The notes beneath the pieces are model-generated. The model saw nothing but the letters and a program-made list of their open reading frames with translations, was not told the DNA's origin and made no database searches. DNA of 63,940 nt, filler included, from an uncultured archaeon (GTDB lineage Archaea; Iainarchaeota; Iainarchaeia; Iainarchaeales; 1-14-0-10-31-34), in NCBI GenBank assembly GCA_964442255.1. It is 3 parts of 3 records of this genome, joined end to end, with 100 filler letters (N's around TTAATTAATTAA, not from the genome) between each part and the next. Parts side by side here need not be neighbours in the genome. Positions count along the whole stretch, not along the records: positions 1 to 27,538 come from CAYTYC010000019.1; positions 27,639 to 54,926 come from CAYTYC010000020.1; 1 more part is not named here. One strand, 5' to 3'. Below are positions 19,352-28,169 of the stretch, one piece after another (the first letter of the stretch is position 1; each line of letters opens with the position of its first letter). Made by a program: the position numbers and the translations under genes.

Positions 19352-19783
19352 TCACTTCAATTCTTTGTTCAAAAACTTTTTAACTTCACCCAAAAAATTT
19401 TTTGCGTCATCAATCGCTTCCCTTGCGTCAATCTCCAAACATGCGCTCCCCGTGTACTGTATGGCGTGCCTTGAAATCCTGTAAGAATCCAATATATCCA
19501 TGTATTTGAAAATTTTTTGGTTTTCCCTGAATCTTTCCTTTAACAGGGCTATTAAACAATAATGGCTTCTTTCTTTAAACCCTTTCCGGAACAATAGCAC
19601 ACGGGAAGAATGGAACATTGAAGTGTAAGCCAAAAGAAAAGCCACATCAAAGTATTTTTCTTTGAAGTTGCCTCCAGCCCTTTCAAGGAAGTGCCCAGCC
19701 AGTTCAACCGAATTATTTACTTTTTCTTTGTCTACAGCGGTTTTTTTTAGCAGCCCCTTTTCAAAGCATTCCTTCAGGTTCAT
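19352..19783 (-). CDS. HEPN-domain protein (MNT-HEPN TA)
   Basis: AYTSMFHSSR...ERSHYC...RISRHAIQY; ATG overlaps MNT stop. Confidence 0.85.
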   Translation of the reverse strand: MNLKECFEKGLLKKTAVDKEKVNNSVELAGHFLERAGGNFKEKYFDVAFLLAYTSMFHSSRVLLFRKGFKERSHYCLIALLKERFRENQKIFKYMDILDSYRISRHAIQYTGSACLEIDAREAIDDAKNFLGEVKKFLNKELK

Positions 19784-20337
19784 AGCTGTGCACCGAAGAG
19801 AATTACGTGGTTTTTCAGGACAGAATTTGCAAAGCCGGATCCCTTTTTGGCTTGGCTTCTCCACTCCCCTGCACTGAATTTTGTTATTTCAACTTTTCTC
19901 CTTAGTTTTGCTTCAAGGGCCTTGAAAGGCGCAAGGTTTAACTCCCTTCCCTGGCATACAACAAGAAAGTCCACATCGCTTTCTTCAGTGTATTCGCCGG
20001 AAGCAAAAGCCCCGTACAGGGCCAGCGTATTCAGCCCTTCATTCACTGCAGCAACTTTTTCCGCTGTTTTCTTCCCCCTTAAAAGCAGGAGAAACCAGAG
20101 CTTTTTCAGCCCTTTAACCGCGAAGTCTTCGTTGTTTAATGAAAAGCTTGAAGAATTTGCAACCTGCTTTTTTGCGAGAAGCCCTTCCGCAGAGTAAAGC
20201 TTGAGGTAACGCTGTGCCGTCTGCGGGCTTACCTCAAGAGTCCGCGCGAGGCCCCTGATGTGAATGCTTGTATTGGGGTTTTGCAGGAAAAACTCCAGCA
20301 CCTTCCAGCCCCTGAACTTTCTCCACTCAGTCAGCAT
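19780..20337 (-). CDS. HTH + minimal nucleotidyltransferase (MNT)
   Basis: N-terminal HTH; LYGAFASGEYTEESDVDFLVV. Confidence 0.9.
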   Translation of the reverse strand: MLTEWRKFRGWKVLEFFLQNPNTSIHIRGLARTLEVSPQTAQRYLKLYSAEGLLAKKQVANSSSFSLNNEDFAVKGLKKLWFLLLLRGKKTAEKVAAVNEGLNTLALYGAFASGEYTEESDVDFLVVCQGRELNLAPFKALEAKLRRKVEITKFSAGEWRSQAKKGSGFANSVLKNHVILFGAQL

Positions 20338-20392
20338 AATAAATCATACTATCGTATGATATATAAAACCATCGTTTGATGGGTTGTTTGGT

Positions 20393-20499
20393 TAAACTGC
20401 GGCGGGCTTCAGCCCGCCAAGTTTTTGTTCCCGTAAACGGCCTGCAAAACCCCCGATTCATCCGCCAATTGAAATAGGCGGGTTCCCGGAAGGGTTTCC
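20393..20499. repeat. ~110-bp structured dispersed element, copy 2
   Basis: Hairpin GGCGGGCT-TC-AGCCCGCC with a compensatory change relative to copy 1. Confidence 0.75.
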
Positions 20500-20633
20500 A
20501 AAAGGCTGGTTTGCATTAAAGCGCCTTGCCGTTTGCGGATTAAAAAGCAATTGCGCTACCGGCTGCCTGAATGAACCATGCAGCCAAAACCTGTTTTAAA
20601 AGCTTTAGGTCCAATAATTTAGAGTGATAAAAT

Positions 20634-21146
20634 ATGCCTCTTTTGGTTAACGACAAGGTTTTGGTCACGGAAAACAAGCTGAAAAGCCAGCTCATCCAGA
20701 AAGGCTTTGGTGAAAAAAAGCCGACAGGGGAATTGGTGGTTGAGTTAAAGGAAGCCATTTATTTGCTGGAGAAAGGAAAATTTCCCCTGGAGGACTCAAA
20801 GGGGAAAGAGGTTTCAAGGGAAACGCTTTTCAAATTAGGGGAAAAAAAGGAGAAAGAATTTTACAGCAAGTACCTGGTTTACGCGGACCTCCGGGAAAGG
20901 GGGTTTGTGGTTAAAACCGGGTTTAAATTCGGGTTTGATTTACGGGTTTACCCGCGCGGGAAAAGGCCGGGGGAAGAGCACAGCAAATGGGTAGTGAGTG
21001 TGGCAACGCAAAGGGACAAATTGTCGATGACGCAGTTAAGCAGGATGGTGAGGCTGAGCGGAAACATTAAGACTGTAGTTCTGCAGGCTGTTGTGGACTC
21101 AGAGGACGACATAAACTATTACGAGCTGAAGAGATTAACCCCTTAA
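20634..21146 (+). CDS. endA: tRNA-intron (splicing) endonuclease, single-unit type
   Basis: YLVYADLRERGFVVKTGFKFGFDLRVY...EHS...VDSEDDINYY. Confidence 0.95.
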   Translation: MPLLVNDKVLVTENKLKSQLIQKGFGEKKPTGELVVELKEAIYLLEKGKFPLEDSKGKEVSRETLFKLGEKKEKEFYSKYLVYADLRERGFVVKTGFKFGFDLRVYPRGKRPGEEHSKWVVSVATQRDKLSMTQLSRMVRLSGNIKTVVLQAVVDSEDDINYYELKRLTP

Positions 21147-21214
21147 ATGCGCATCTAATGGGCAGTTAATACGCAATATTTATATACTCTAATGCACACT
21201 TATTATGTGGGGTG

Positions 21215-21457
21215 ATGTCCTTGAATGTTAACCTTGGCGTACCGTATGAAGCAATAGTGAATAAGGTGATTGAAAAAGGGTATGCAGGCAACCAGACTGA
21301 GGTGATTCGCCAGGCCTTGCTGGCTTACGACAAGCTGGTTGAAGAGGAAGAGCTCAGGCTTGTGAAAAAAGGGGTTGAGCTGGAGATGCAGGAAATAGAG
21401 GAAAACAAAGTGAAAACCAAGAGCCTTTCCCGGCTCAAGAAAAAATACAAGCTGTGA
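21215..21457 (+). CDS. Ribbon-helix-helix antitoxin
   Basis: VIEKGYAGNQTEVIRQAL; upstream of RelE-like gene. Confidence 0.8.
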   Translation: MSLNVNLGVPYEAIVNKVIEKGYAGNQTEVIRQALLAYDKLVEEEELRLVKKGVELEMQEIEENKVKTKSLSRLKKKYKL

Positions 21458-21461
21458 TTGA

Positions 21462-21722
21462 ATGGATGTCCGTTTCTCTAAAAAAGCTGAAGCAGAACTG
21501 GATGCAATGGATAACTCACTCAGAAAACGGTTTCTAAAGCACGCAGAAAAAGTTGGGGAAATGCCCCCGGGAAAACACCTCAAACACGGGCTTCAGGAAA
21601 ACGTGGAAAAAGTAACAAAACAGGCACGATTTGTTTACACTTTCAAGGAAGAAACCTGCTACATTTTAAGGTGCTTTAAAACCCACAAAGAATACGAACA
21701 CTGGTACACGTCTTTTAGGTGA
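21462..21722 (+). CDS. RelE/ParE-like toxin
   Basis: MDVRFSKKAEAELDAMD...RFVY...HKEYE. Confidence 0.75.
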   Translation: MDVRFSKKAEAELDAMDNSLRKRFLKHAEKVGEMPPGKHLKHGLQENVEKVTKQARFVYTFKEETCYILRCFKTHKEYEHWYTSFR

Positions 21723-21760
21723 ATTAGAAAAAAGAAAAAAAAGAAAAGAAAAAGGAAAAT

Positions 21761-21937
21761 TTAAAGGTCGTACGGCTTCACTGTTTTTCTGCCGTTCTTC
21801 TGGCACCTTGCGACAGCCATGTCCAGGTTTTTTGAGACCATGTCGCTTAAGGCGTCCGAGGTGTCCGAAGAAGTCATCATTCCTTTTCCTTTAATGTATT
21901 CCGAAATCTTTGATTTCACAACCAATGATTCAGCCAT
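21761..21937 (-). CDS. Minimal histone-fold protein (58 aa; short alpha3, RxTxxxxD type)
   Basis: Own translation MAESLVVKSKISEYIKGKGMMTSSDTSDALSDMVSKNLDMAVARCQKNGRKTVKPYDL; SD AAGGAGG upstream, T-rich terminator downstream; absent from ORF track. Confidence 0.9.
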   Translation of the reverse strand: MAESLVVKSKISEYIKGKGMMTSSDTSDALSDMVSKNLDMAVARCQKNGRKTVKPYDL

Positions 21938-22161
21938 AAAAAAATCATCCTCCTTAATCCCTTGTAATTCGGCCTTTTAAAGCCGGATTCTATAGAATCA
22001 GAAGTAAAAGCTTTATAAAGCTTCCCGAAAAAGGGCGTAAAACAGGGGTTTTGAGGGCAAATTTACGGGGAATTGCGGGAAACTGTTGAATAAGTTGAAG
22101 TCATAATGGGCAATTGTCGAAGAAAAAAATTTTAAAAACCGCGGCCAGAGAAGTCGTTTAA

Positions 22162-23188
22162 ATGCATGAAGAAAGACGGAATTTTGACCAAATACCCGTG
22201 AAAAGATTCAATTTTTCGTTTGACTATTGATGAAACCAGGTTTACGCGTTTTTTGGCTAAAACGGGTTTGGACTTGGATTCCGTGCCGGAACAGGTTTTG
22301 TATGATTGGGGTTGCGGCAAGCTTGTGGACAACGTTTTCACCATTAATTATGCGGGAGTATTGTTTTTTGCAAGGCAGCCGGAAAAGTTTTTGAGGGAAA
22401 ACCATATTACGTGCGTGCGCTATCAGGGAGACTCAATGGCTGCGGCTTTGGACAGGAAAGACTTGTATGGGGATTTGCTTTCCTTGGTGGATGAAGCTGA
22501 AGCCTTTGTGAAAAGAAACACGCGCCAGGCCTTTAAAGTGGATGGCTTTAAGAGAGTGGACATTGACGAATACCCTTACCCGGCAATCCGTGAAGCCATC
22601 ATTAACGCGGTCTGCCACCGCGATTATTCACTGGGAAACAACATTTTTGTAAACGTTTTTGACGGCCACGTGGAAGTCATTTCCCCGGGAAACATTCCCA
22701 ACAACTTAACCCTGAAAGAAGTGGAAGGAAAAAGCGTTCCCAGAAACCAAATCATTACAGGCTTATTCCATAAAGCAGGCTACATTGAAAAAGCCGGTTC
22801 AGGGCTGAAAAGAATGACCGAAGAAATGGTGAGGCACGGTTTAAGCATTCCAAAATACAACATCACCAAAGCATACTTTCAAATCACCTTCAACGGGCCA
22901 AGAGACAAAATCCTGAAGCTGGTGAAGCCTTCAAACGAAACAGACTTACGGGAACTGGGCTTAAATGAAAGACAGGTAAAAGTGCTGAGTTTCCTGCAAG
23001 AACACAAACTCATTACAAGCCGGGAATACGCAAAAAAATTTGAAGTAAACGGCAGAAGCGCGAGAAGAGACTTAAGCAAACTAATCAAAATAGGCTACCT
23101 GAAAACTGTTGGAAAAAGCACTTCACTCCAGTACTGCCTTCCAGAAGCACTACCCTCTTTGACCGGCTCCAAGCAAAAATGTCCGTAG
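22162..23188 (+). pseudogene. Truncated, frameshifted AlbA_2/HATPase_c_4/HTH ('RecG-like') protein
   Basis: EYPYPAIREAIINAVCHRDY, ISPG, PRNQII, IEKAGSG, C-terminal HTH; N-terminal AlbA domain absent; upstream NFDQIPV segment is one frame off near 22224. Confidence 0.7.
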
Positions 23189-23458
23189 CGTGTCCAGCAA
23201 AACAATTTTTAGGCACTACAAAGCCCGTGTCCGGCTCCCCTCAAAAATGTCCGGCAAATGTCCGGCAAAAATAAAGCCAAATCAAACCCCAAATCTCATA
23301 AAAAGCCTCAAACTCCAAGAGCCATGAAAAAACAGTATTCCTAGGCTTTCCAAGAGCTGCCAAACCAAAGAATCCAAAGCAAGGCAGAAAAAAACCAAGC
23401 AAAAGCCACCTTTACTCCCTGTTAATTATAAGGGTTTTTTAATTTCAATTCTTGGACT

Positions 23459-24832
23459 TTATGCCTTATCTTCACATTCGCTGATGTCACAAGTTTCACA
23501 GTAGAAATCAGGGCATTTTGGTAACGCGTTTATTTCTCCATTTTTCTTGAAAGAATCTATCAATTCAACTTGTTCATTTATGAATCGTCTGAACTCTTTT
23601 ATTTCATTGTATCTTACTTCGTAGACTGTTGTAAATTTGTTTCTTTTTGGATACATTGTAATTACAAGCCCTTTATTTTGATTGTGTGTTGCGCAAAGTA
23701 CTCCGAGCTCTGCAAGATAGTGTGAGTGTGGTTTTCTAAGTTTTTGAGCTGAAGTCACCTTTCGCACATAGGGCAGTATTTCGCCGTTTTCTTTTTTTGA
23801 GGAAAGCACTTTTAGCCATTTAAAGGGGGTTATTACTCGGGTCTGATTTAATTGTTTTATCTTTTCTTTTTCCGATTGCGCAGGATAATACTTTAGTTGG
23901 TTTATTGCTTTATCCAAGCAGGGCATAAAGTTCCAGTATTCGTCTGTCCCAGACCAAGAGTCCTCATAAAAGCTTCGTCTGGGTGCAAGAATGTTTCTTA
24001 TGAAGTAGCCGTCGTTTTGCTTTGTTATGTTTGCTTCTTTTATTACTTCTATTTCTTTTGAGAAGTTTTCGTCATAGCCTATTGTGAAGAGTTTCTCTAT
24101 CTTTTTAGTGTCCAAGGGTTGCAGTTTTTCACAATCACAGGCTTTTGCTTCTCGGTACTCACAGAGAGTTTCATAGTACCTGCACCGGCCTAGCTTTGAA
24201 GGGTCATTTGTTTTTATCGCGTTATCTAGTGCTGTAATTCGATCCAAGAGTAGTTGTTTTACTTGGGCAATGTCTTTAATGGTTAGCTTGAAAATTCTTT
24301 GTTCAAATGGCTCGGAATTTTGCATAAACAAAAGATGATTTTCAGTTGGCTTGTTGGGGTGTATTGCAGCATAGAATAATACTTGTTCAATGTCTTGCGG
24401 GTATTTCGAGATTATTTCTGCTGGAGTTTCCGGAATTTTTTCTTTTGTTTTTAATTCTAAGATTGTTTCTCCAATACGGTAATCTATCCTGCCTCTAACC
24501 CGGGGAATTCCAACATAGGCGCCATCTAATGTGGCCTCTTCCGCGAAAAAATCAGGCAATTCTCTAATCCAAAGACTAGCAAATCCCTGCAACTGCTTCC
24601 CTCTGAGAAATTTTCTTGTTAATTCCTTTGGGCGATCTACTTTTACTTTTTCTTTCCAAAATCTTTGGGCTGGATTAACAAGGTCTGTGATGTTATAATA
24701 GTTCTTTTGTGGTCGCCCTACGGAGCCAAGTTTTGCAACCGCATCGTTAATTAGTGCGCTTAATGACTCACTATACTCAGCAATTGGAGAAAAAGTCTCA
24801 CATATCTTGGTGACATTATCAGTTTCTTGCAT
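23459..24832 (-). CDS. PD-(D/E)XK nuclease, tandem Cas4-like domains
   Basis: RGRID...ELKT, EQVLFY, Cys clusters CRYYETLCEY..C and CPDFYCETC; AT-rich atypical codon usage. Confidence 0.75.
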   Translation of the reverse strand: MQETDNVTKICETFSPIAEYSESLSALINDAVAKLGSVGRPQKNYYNITDLVNPAQRFWKEKVKVDRPKELTRKFLRGKQLQGFASLWIRELPDFFAEEATLDGAYVGIPRVRGRIDYRIGETILELKTKEKIPETPAEIISKYPQDIEQVLFYAAIHPNKPTENHLLFMQNSEPFEQRIFKLTIKDIAQVKQLLLDRITALDNAIKTNDPSKLGRCRYYETLCEYREAKACDCEKLQPLDTKKIEKLFTIGYDENFSKEIEVIKEANITKQNDGYFIRNILAPRRSFYEDSWSGTDEYWNFMPCLDKAINQLKYYPAQSEKEKIKQLNQTRVITPFKWLKVLSSKKENGEILPYVRKVTSAQKLRKPHSHYLAELGVLCATHNQNKGLVITMYPKRNKFTTVYEVRYNEIKEFRRFINEQVELIDSFKKNGEINALPKCPDFYCETCDISECEDKA

Positions 24833-24877
24833 GCTTTAAGTTTTATTGTTGGAAAAGTTATTATTTCAATGCACTTT

Positions 24878-25064
24878 TTTCCTTTTTTGCGCCTCCAGCT
24901 TAACTCGTTTTTTCCTTTCGGCTTGCTGCTTTTCGGCTTAAAGCTTTCCCCTTTCGGGTCGGCTTCGTTGCACTCGCCTAAAGCGTTTAATGCCTCTCAG
25001 CAACGCAAGACGCCTCGGAAAAAACTTCGTTTTAACACCGGAGGCGATGTAAAAATGAAGGAAA
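24878..25064. repeat. Long imperfect palindrome (attC-like hairpin)
   Basis: Nested arms CGCCTCC/GGAGGCG, GTTTTTTCC/GGAAAAAAC, CTTGC-TGCT/AGCA-GCAAG, GGCTTAAAGCTTT/AAAGCgTTTAAtGCC. Confidence 0.7.
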
Positions 25065-25115
25065 CCACCGAAAGGTTTTTATAGTGCTATAGTACTATAA
25101 TACTATAGTGAGAAC

Positions 25116-25325
25116 ATGGCTACAACAATTCAAGTCCAGCACTCAACAGCTGAACTGCTGAAAAAAATAAAGGAAAGGACCCAGTCAGGCTCGTATGACG
25201 AAGCAATAATGAAACTGCTTAAGCAACGGTCAAAAAAATCACTGGCCGGTTTTTTTGCAAGAAAGAAACATTACTCCAGGAAAGAAATGCTTGAAGGGCT
25301 AAGGGATGAAAGAGACAGGTTCTAG
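25116..25325 (+). CDS. vapB: VapB-type antitoxin
   Basis: MATTIQV...SYDEAIMKLL, overlaps PIN gene. Confidence 0.8.
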   Translation: MATTIQVQHSTAELLKKIKERTQSGSYDEAIMKLLKQRSKKSLAGFFARKKHYSRKEMLEGLRDERDRF

Positions 25326-25692
25326 ACTTCTGCTGGATTCTTCTGCATGGGTTGAATATTTTTTAACCAAACACAAAACTCTGGTTGAATTCATTGAATC
25401 CGGAAAATTCGGGGTTTTCTCTTCGGTTTTGTCACTCCATGAGGTCAAAAAAAAGTTTCTAAGGGACGGTTACACAAAAAAAGAGATGAACACCGCACTT
25501 GAGTTCATGCGAAACAATTCGGTTATTGTGGATTTAACTGAAGAAATTTGTGAAAAATCCGCTGAAGACTGCATTCAAAAGAAACTCCATACAATTGACT
25601 CCATGATATACAGGAGTGCAAAAGAAAAAAATGCCGGCATTGTTACGCTGGATGAGGATTTCAGAAAGACTGAAAATGCAGTTCTGCTTTAA
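25306..25692 (+). CDS. vapC: VapC/PIN toxin
   Basis: LLDSSAWVEY...HEV...IDSMIY...TLDEDF. Confidence 0.9.
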   Translation: MKETGSRLLLDSSAWVEYFLTKHKTLVEFIESGKFGVFSSVLSLHEVKKKFLRDGYTKKEMNTALEFMRNNSVIVDLTEEICEKSAEDCIQKKLHTIDSMIYRSAKEKNAGIVTLDEDFRKTENAVLL

Positions 25693-27002
25693 AGGGAATT
25701 CACGTGCTCAACCTTTTTTTGGATTAATTCTTTTGTGCCGATGTCCTTGCGGAAAAACACTTTTCCTTTCACGCTTTCCGCTGTTTTCTGGGCTTTCCGC
25801 TCCGCTTCCTCCAGCGATTCACCGATTCCAAGGCAGGCGATTGCCCTTGAGCCAAGCATCCTGAAAGTGTTTGGCGCGGTTTCCTCGACTGCACCAAAGT
25901 AAACGCGGGCACCCTCCGAAAGGGCGCTTAAGTCAACTGATTCGCCTTTAACCGGCGCAGTAGGATAGCCTTCCGGGGCAACATATTTCAAAACCGCTGC
26001 AAGAGGCTCAAACTCCACTTCAATTTCATCAATTGTTCGGTCCAAAACCCTTTTGCAGACTTCCGCGAAATCCGTTTTCATTAAAGGCAAGACATTCATT
26101 ATTTCAGGGTCGCCAAAACGGGCATTGTATTCAATTAATTTCACTCCCTTTGAAGTGATAATAAAGCCGCCGTACAAAACTCCCTTAAACTCCTGGCCAA
26201 GTTCATCCTTTAACGCCTTGATTGTTTTTTCATTGAATTCCTTTGCTTTAGCCAAATGCTCTTCCTTCATGAAAGGCAGCAATCCTTTCTCCGAACTGTA
26301 GGAGCCCATTCCCCCGGTGTTCGGCCCCTCATCGCCTTCAAACGCGCGCTTGTGGTCCTGCACAGGCGGAAAATGCATTAAATGCTTTCCGTCGGAAAGC
26401 GACTGCAAACTGAATTCCTCTCCCACAAGCTTTTCCTCAATCAAAAGACGCTTGTCTCCGCGTGCAAACAAATCTTCACAATAGGAAATTGCCTCTTCAT
26501 TGGTTTGAAAGTGGTCTCCTTTAACCTTAACGCCTTTCCCTCCGGTCAAGCCGTCCGGCTTTACCACAAATTCCCCGAATTCTTCCATTGAATTCTTTAC
26601 CCCGTTCATTGTGTGAAAAATCCTGAACTTGGGGTTTGCGTCAATGCCGTGCTTTTCCAAGAGCTGCCTGCAAAAAGATTTGCTGGACTCAATTCTTGCA
26701 AGGTTTTTGTTCGGGCCCACGCTTGGCACTCCGGCCTCTGTAAGCGCGTCCGCGATTCCCGCGGCAATCGGGTCGTCCGGGCCGAGGAAAGCGAAATCCG
26801 GCTTGACTTTTTTCGCGTAATCCTTGACTTTTTCAAAGTCCATCAGGTCAAGGACAGTGAATTCCCTGGACTTTGCTTTTACGCCGGGGTTTTCAATGTC
26901 CATTAAGGAATACAATTCGGGTTTTTGCGGGCTTCTGGAAAAAGCCTCCGCAACACAATCCGCGCGGGCCGTTTTTCCCGCCAAAAGAATTCTCAAAACC
27001 AT
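25689..27002 (-). CDS. purD: Phosphoribosylamine--glycine ligase
   Basis: KPDGLTGGKGV, QDHKRAFEGDEGPNTGGMGSYS, EYNARFGDPE. Confidence 0.97.
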   Translation of the reverse strand: MVLRILLAGKTARADCVAEAFSRSPQKPELYSLMDIENPGVKAKSREFTVLDLMDFEKVKDYAKKVKPDFAFLGPDDPIAAGIADALTEAGVPSVGPNKNLARIESSKSFCRQLLEKHGIDANPKFRIFHTMNGVKNSMEEFGEFVVKPDGLTGGKGVKVKGDHFQTNEEAISYCEDLFARGDKRLLIEEKLVGEEFSLQSLSDGKHLMHFPPVQDHKRAFEGDEGPNTGGMGSYSSEKGLLPFMKEEHLAKAKEFNEKTIKALKDELGQEFKGVLYGGFIITSKGVKLIEYNARFGDPEIMNVLPLMKTDFAEVCKRVLDRTIDEIEVEFEPLAAVLKYVAPEGYPTAPVKGESVDLSALSEGARVYFGAVEETAPNTFRMLGSRAIACLGIGESLEEAERKAQKTAESVKGKVFFRKDIGTKELIQKKVEHVNSL

Positions 27003-27070
27003 TGCTTAAAAGAAAAAAGAAAGAAAACAATTAAAGGGGTTTGCATTGCCTTAATATTTTAGAGGTAAAA

Positions 27071-27427
27071 ATGGCGGGAAGAAAAACTACGGCGGGAAGA
27101 AAAACCAGAGTCGCGAAAAAGGCAACGCGCCGAGTTGGAGCCAAAGATTTACTAAATCCTGAAATGCTTGAAGCTTATGACAGCCTAATGAAAAAACCAA
27201 GAGAAAGATACACTACTGGAGACTACCGTGAGCGAAGCAGTGTCCTCAGGCATATTTTGGGCCGTACCCAACGGATTAGAAGAGACCCAGAAAATAAACG
27301 TTTCGTTCCAGCATTGCTTACGATGTACAACAAGCTTAAGAATAAGCAGATTCCCTTAAACGCCCAGCCCCCTCAAATACAAACAATGCAATTAAGGACG
27401 CGGATTTTAATTTCAGACAAAAGCTGA
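27071..27427 (+). CDS. Hypothetical basic protein
   Basis: ATG 27071 after GAGGT; R/K-rich N-terminus. Confidence 0.55.
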   Translation: MAGRKTTAGRKTRVAKKATRRVGAKDLLNPEMLEAYDSLMKKPRERYTTGDYRERSSVLRHILGRTQRIRRDPENKRFVPALLTMYNKLKNKQIPLNAQPPQIQTMQLRTRILISDKS

Positions 27428-27538
27428 GTTCAGTGCGAGGCGAATTAATGCGAGCAAAAAGAATGCCTGAAGACAGTGAACTTCTAAGAAGGGTCAAAAC
27501 CAAAAACATCGCGAAAGCCGAGAAAAGAATCGAAGAAT

Positions 27539-27638
27539 NNNNNNNNNNNNNNNNNNNNNNNNNNNNNNNNNNNNNNNNNNNNTTAATTAATTAANNNNNN
27601 NNNNNNNNNNNNNNNNNNNNNNNNNNNNNNNNNNNNNN
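27539..27638. other. Scaffold gap with artificial TTAATTAATTAA linker (27583-27594)
   Basis: N-run with central all-frame-stop linker; same at 54927-55026. Confidence 0.95.
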
Positions 27639-27857
27639 TATATTGTTTCTGAATTTTCGGCACGTGCACTGTTTTTTTTTATTAAAGCCAATATCGAGTC
27701 AAAAAACTTATTTGTAAACCAAGTAAATAAAGAGGCCATTACTAATTCAATTAATTGGATGCACCTTAAGGTTTCTGAATCCCTATGTATGCTAGCATTA
27801 AACATGATATGAAATAAACCGCTAATTTATTTAAAATGACCCCCGTGCCCCCCTTTT

Positions 27858-27986
27858 TTGAACCTCGGAAACAGCCTCGGAATTCTCCTCCCAAAAGACA
27901 CGCTAAAACTCTTGGATCTAAAAGAAGGCGACGAAATAGAGCTTAAGCCAAAAAACGAGCGAATAGAGTTAATTCTTGGGAAATAA
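27858..27986 (+). CDS. Small AbrB/MazE-type DNA-binding ORF, possibly 5'-truncated
   Basis: Own translation NLGNSLGILLPKDTLKLLDLKEGDEIEL; TTG start; ATG at 27836 is out of frame across homopolymers. Confidence 0.65.
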   Translation: MNLGNSLGILLPKDTLKLLDLKEGDEIELKPKNERIELILGK

Positions 27987-28053
27987 CGCGATTTTTAAGT
28001 ATTTCCTTTTAAGGAAAACATTAAATAGGGGCAGTAACCCTAGTATTAGTATA

Positions 28054-28169
28054 GTTGGTGTTTACAACCAAAACACGCCAACAAGCCAACAAAAAAACAG
28101 ACTTTGCAGGATGCTTGCTGTGGGCTGTCCACACCCGCCTGCAGGGGATGAGGCGCACTGCGCATTTCC
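28054..28169 (+). ncRNA. Candidate structured RNA convergent on DUF3800-like gene
   Basis: TATA-like ATTAAATA at 28020-27; stems GTTGG-TGTTT/AAACA-CCAAC, TGCAGG/CCTGCA enclosing TGTGG/CCACA, GGGGATG/CATTTCC (G-U pairs favour + strand). Confidence 0.5.

Noticed and set aside
27583..27594. TTAATTAATTAA palindrome (also 54971-54982)
   Set aside because: Artificial linker inside N gaps; adjacency across these gaps is therefore not guaranteed
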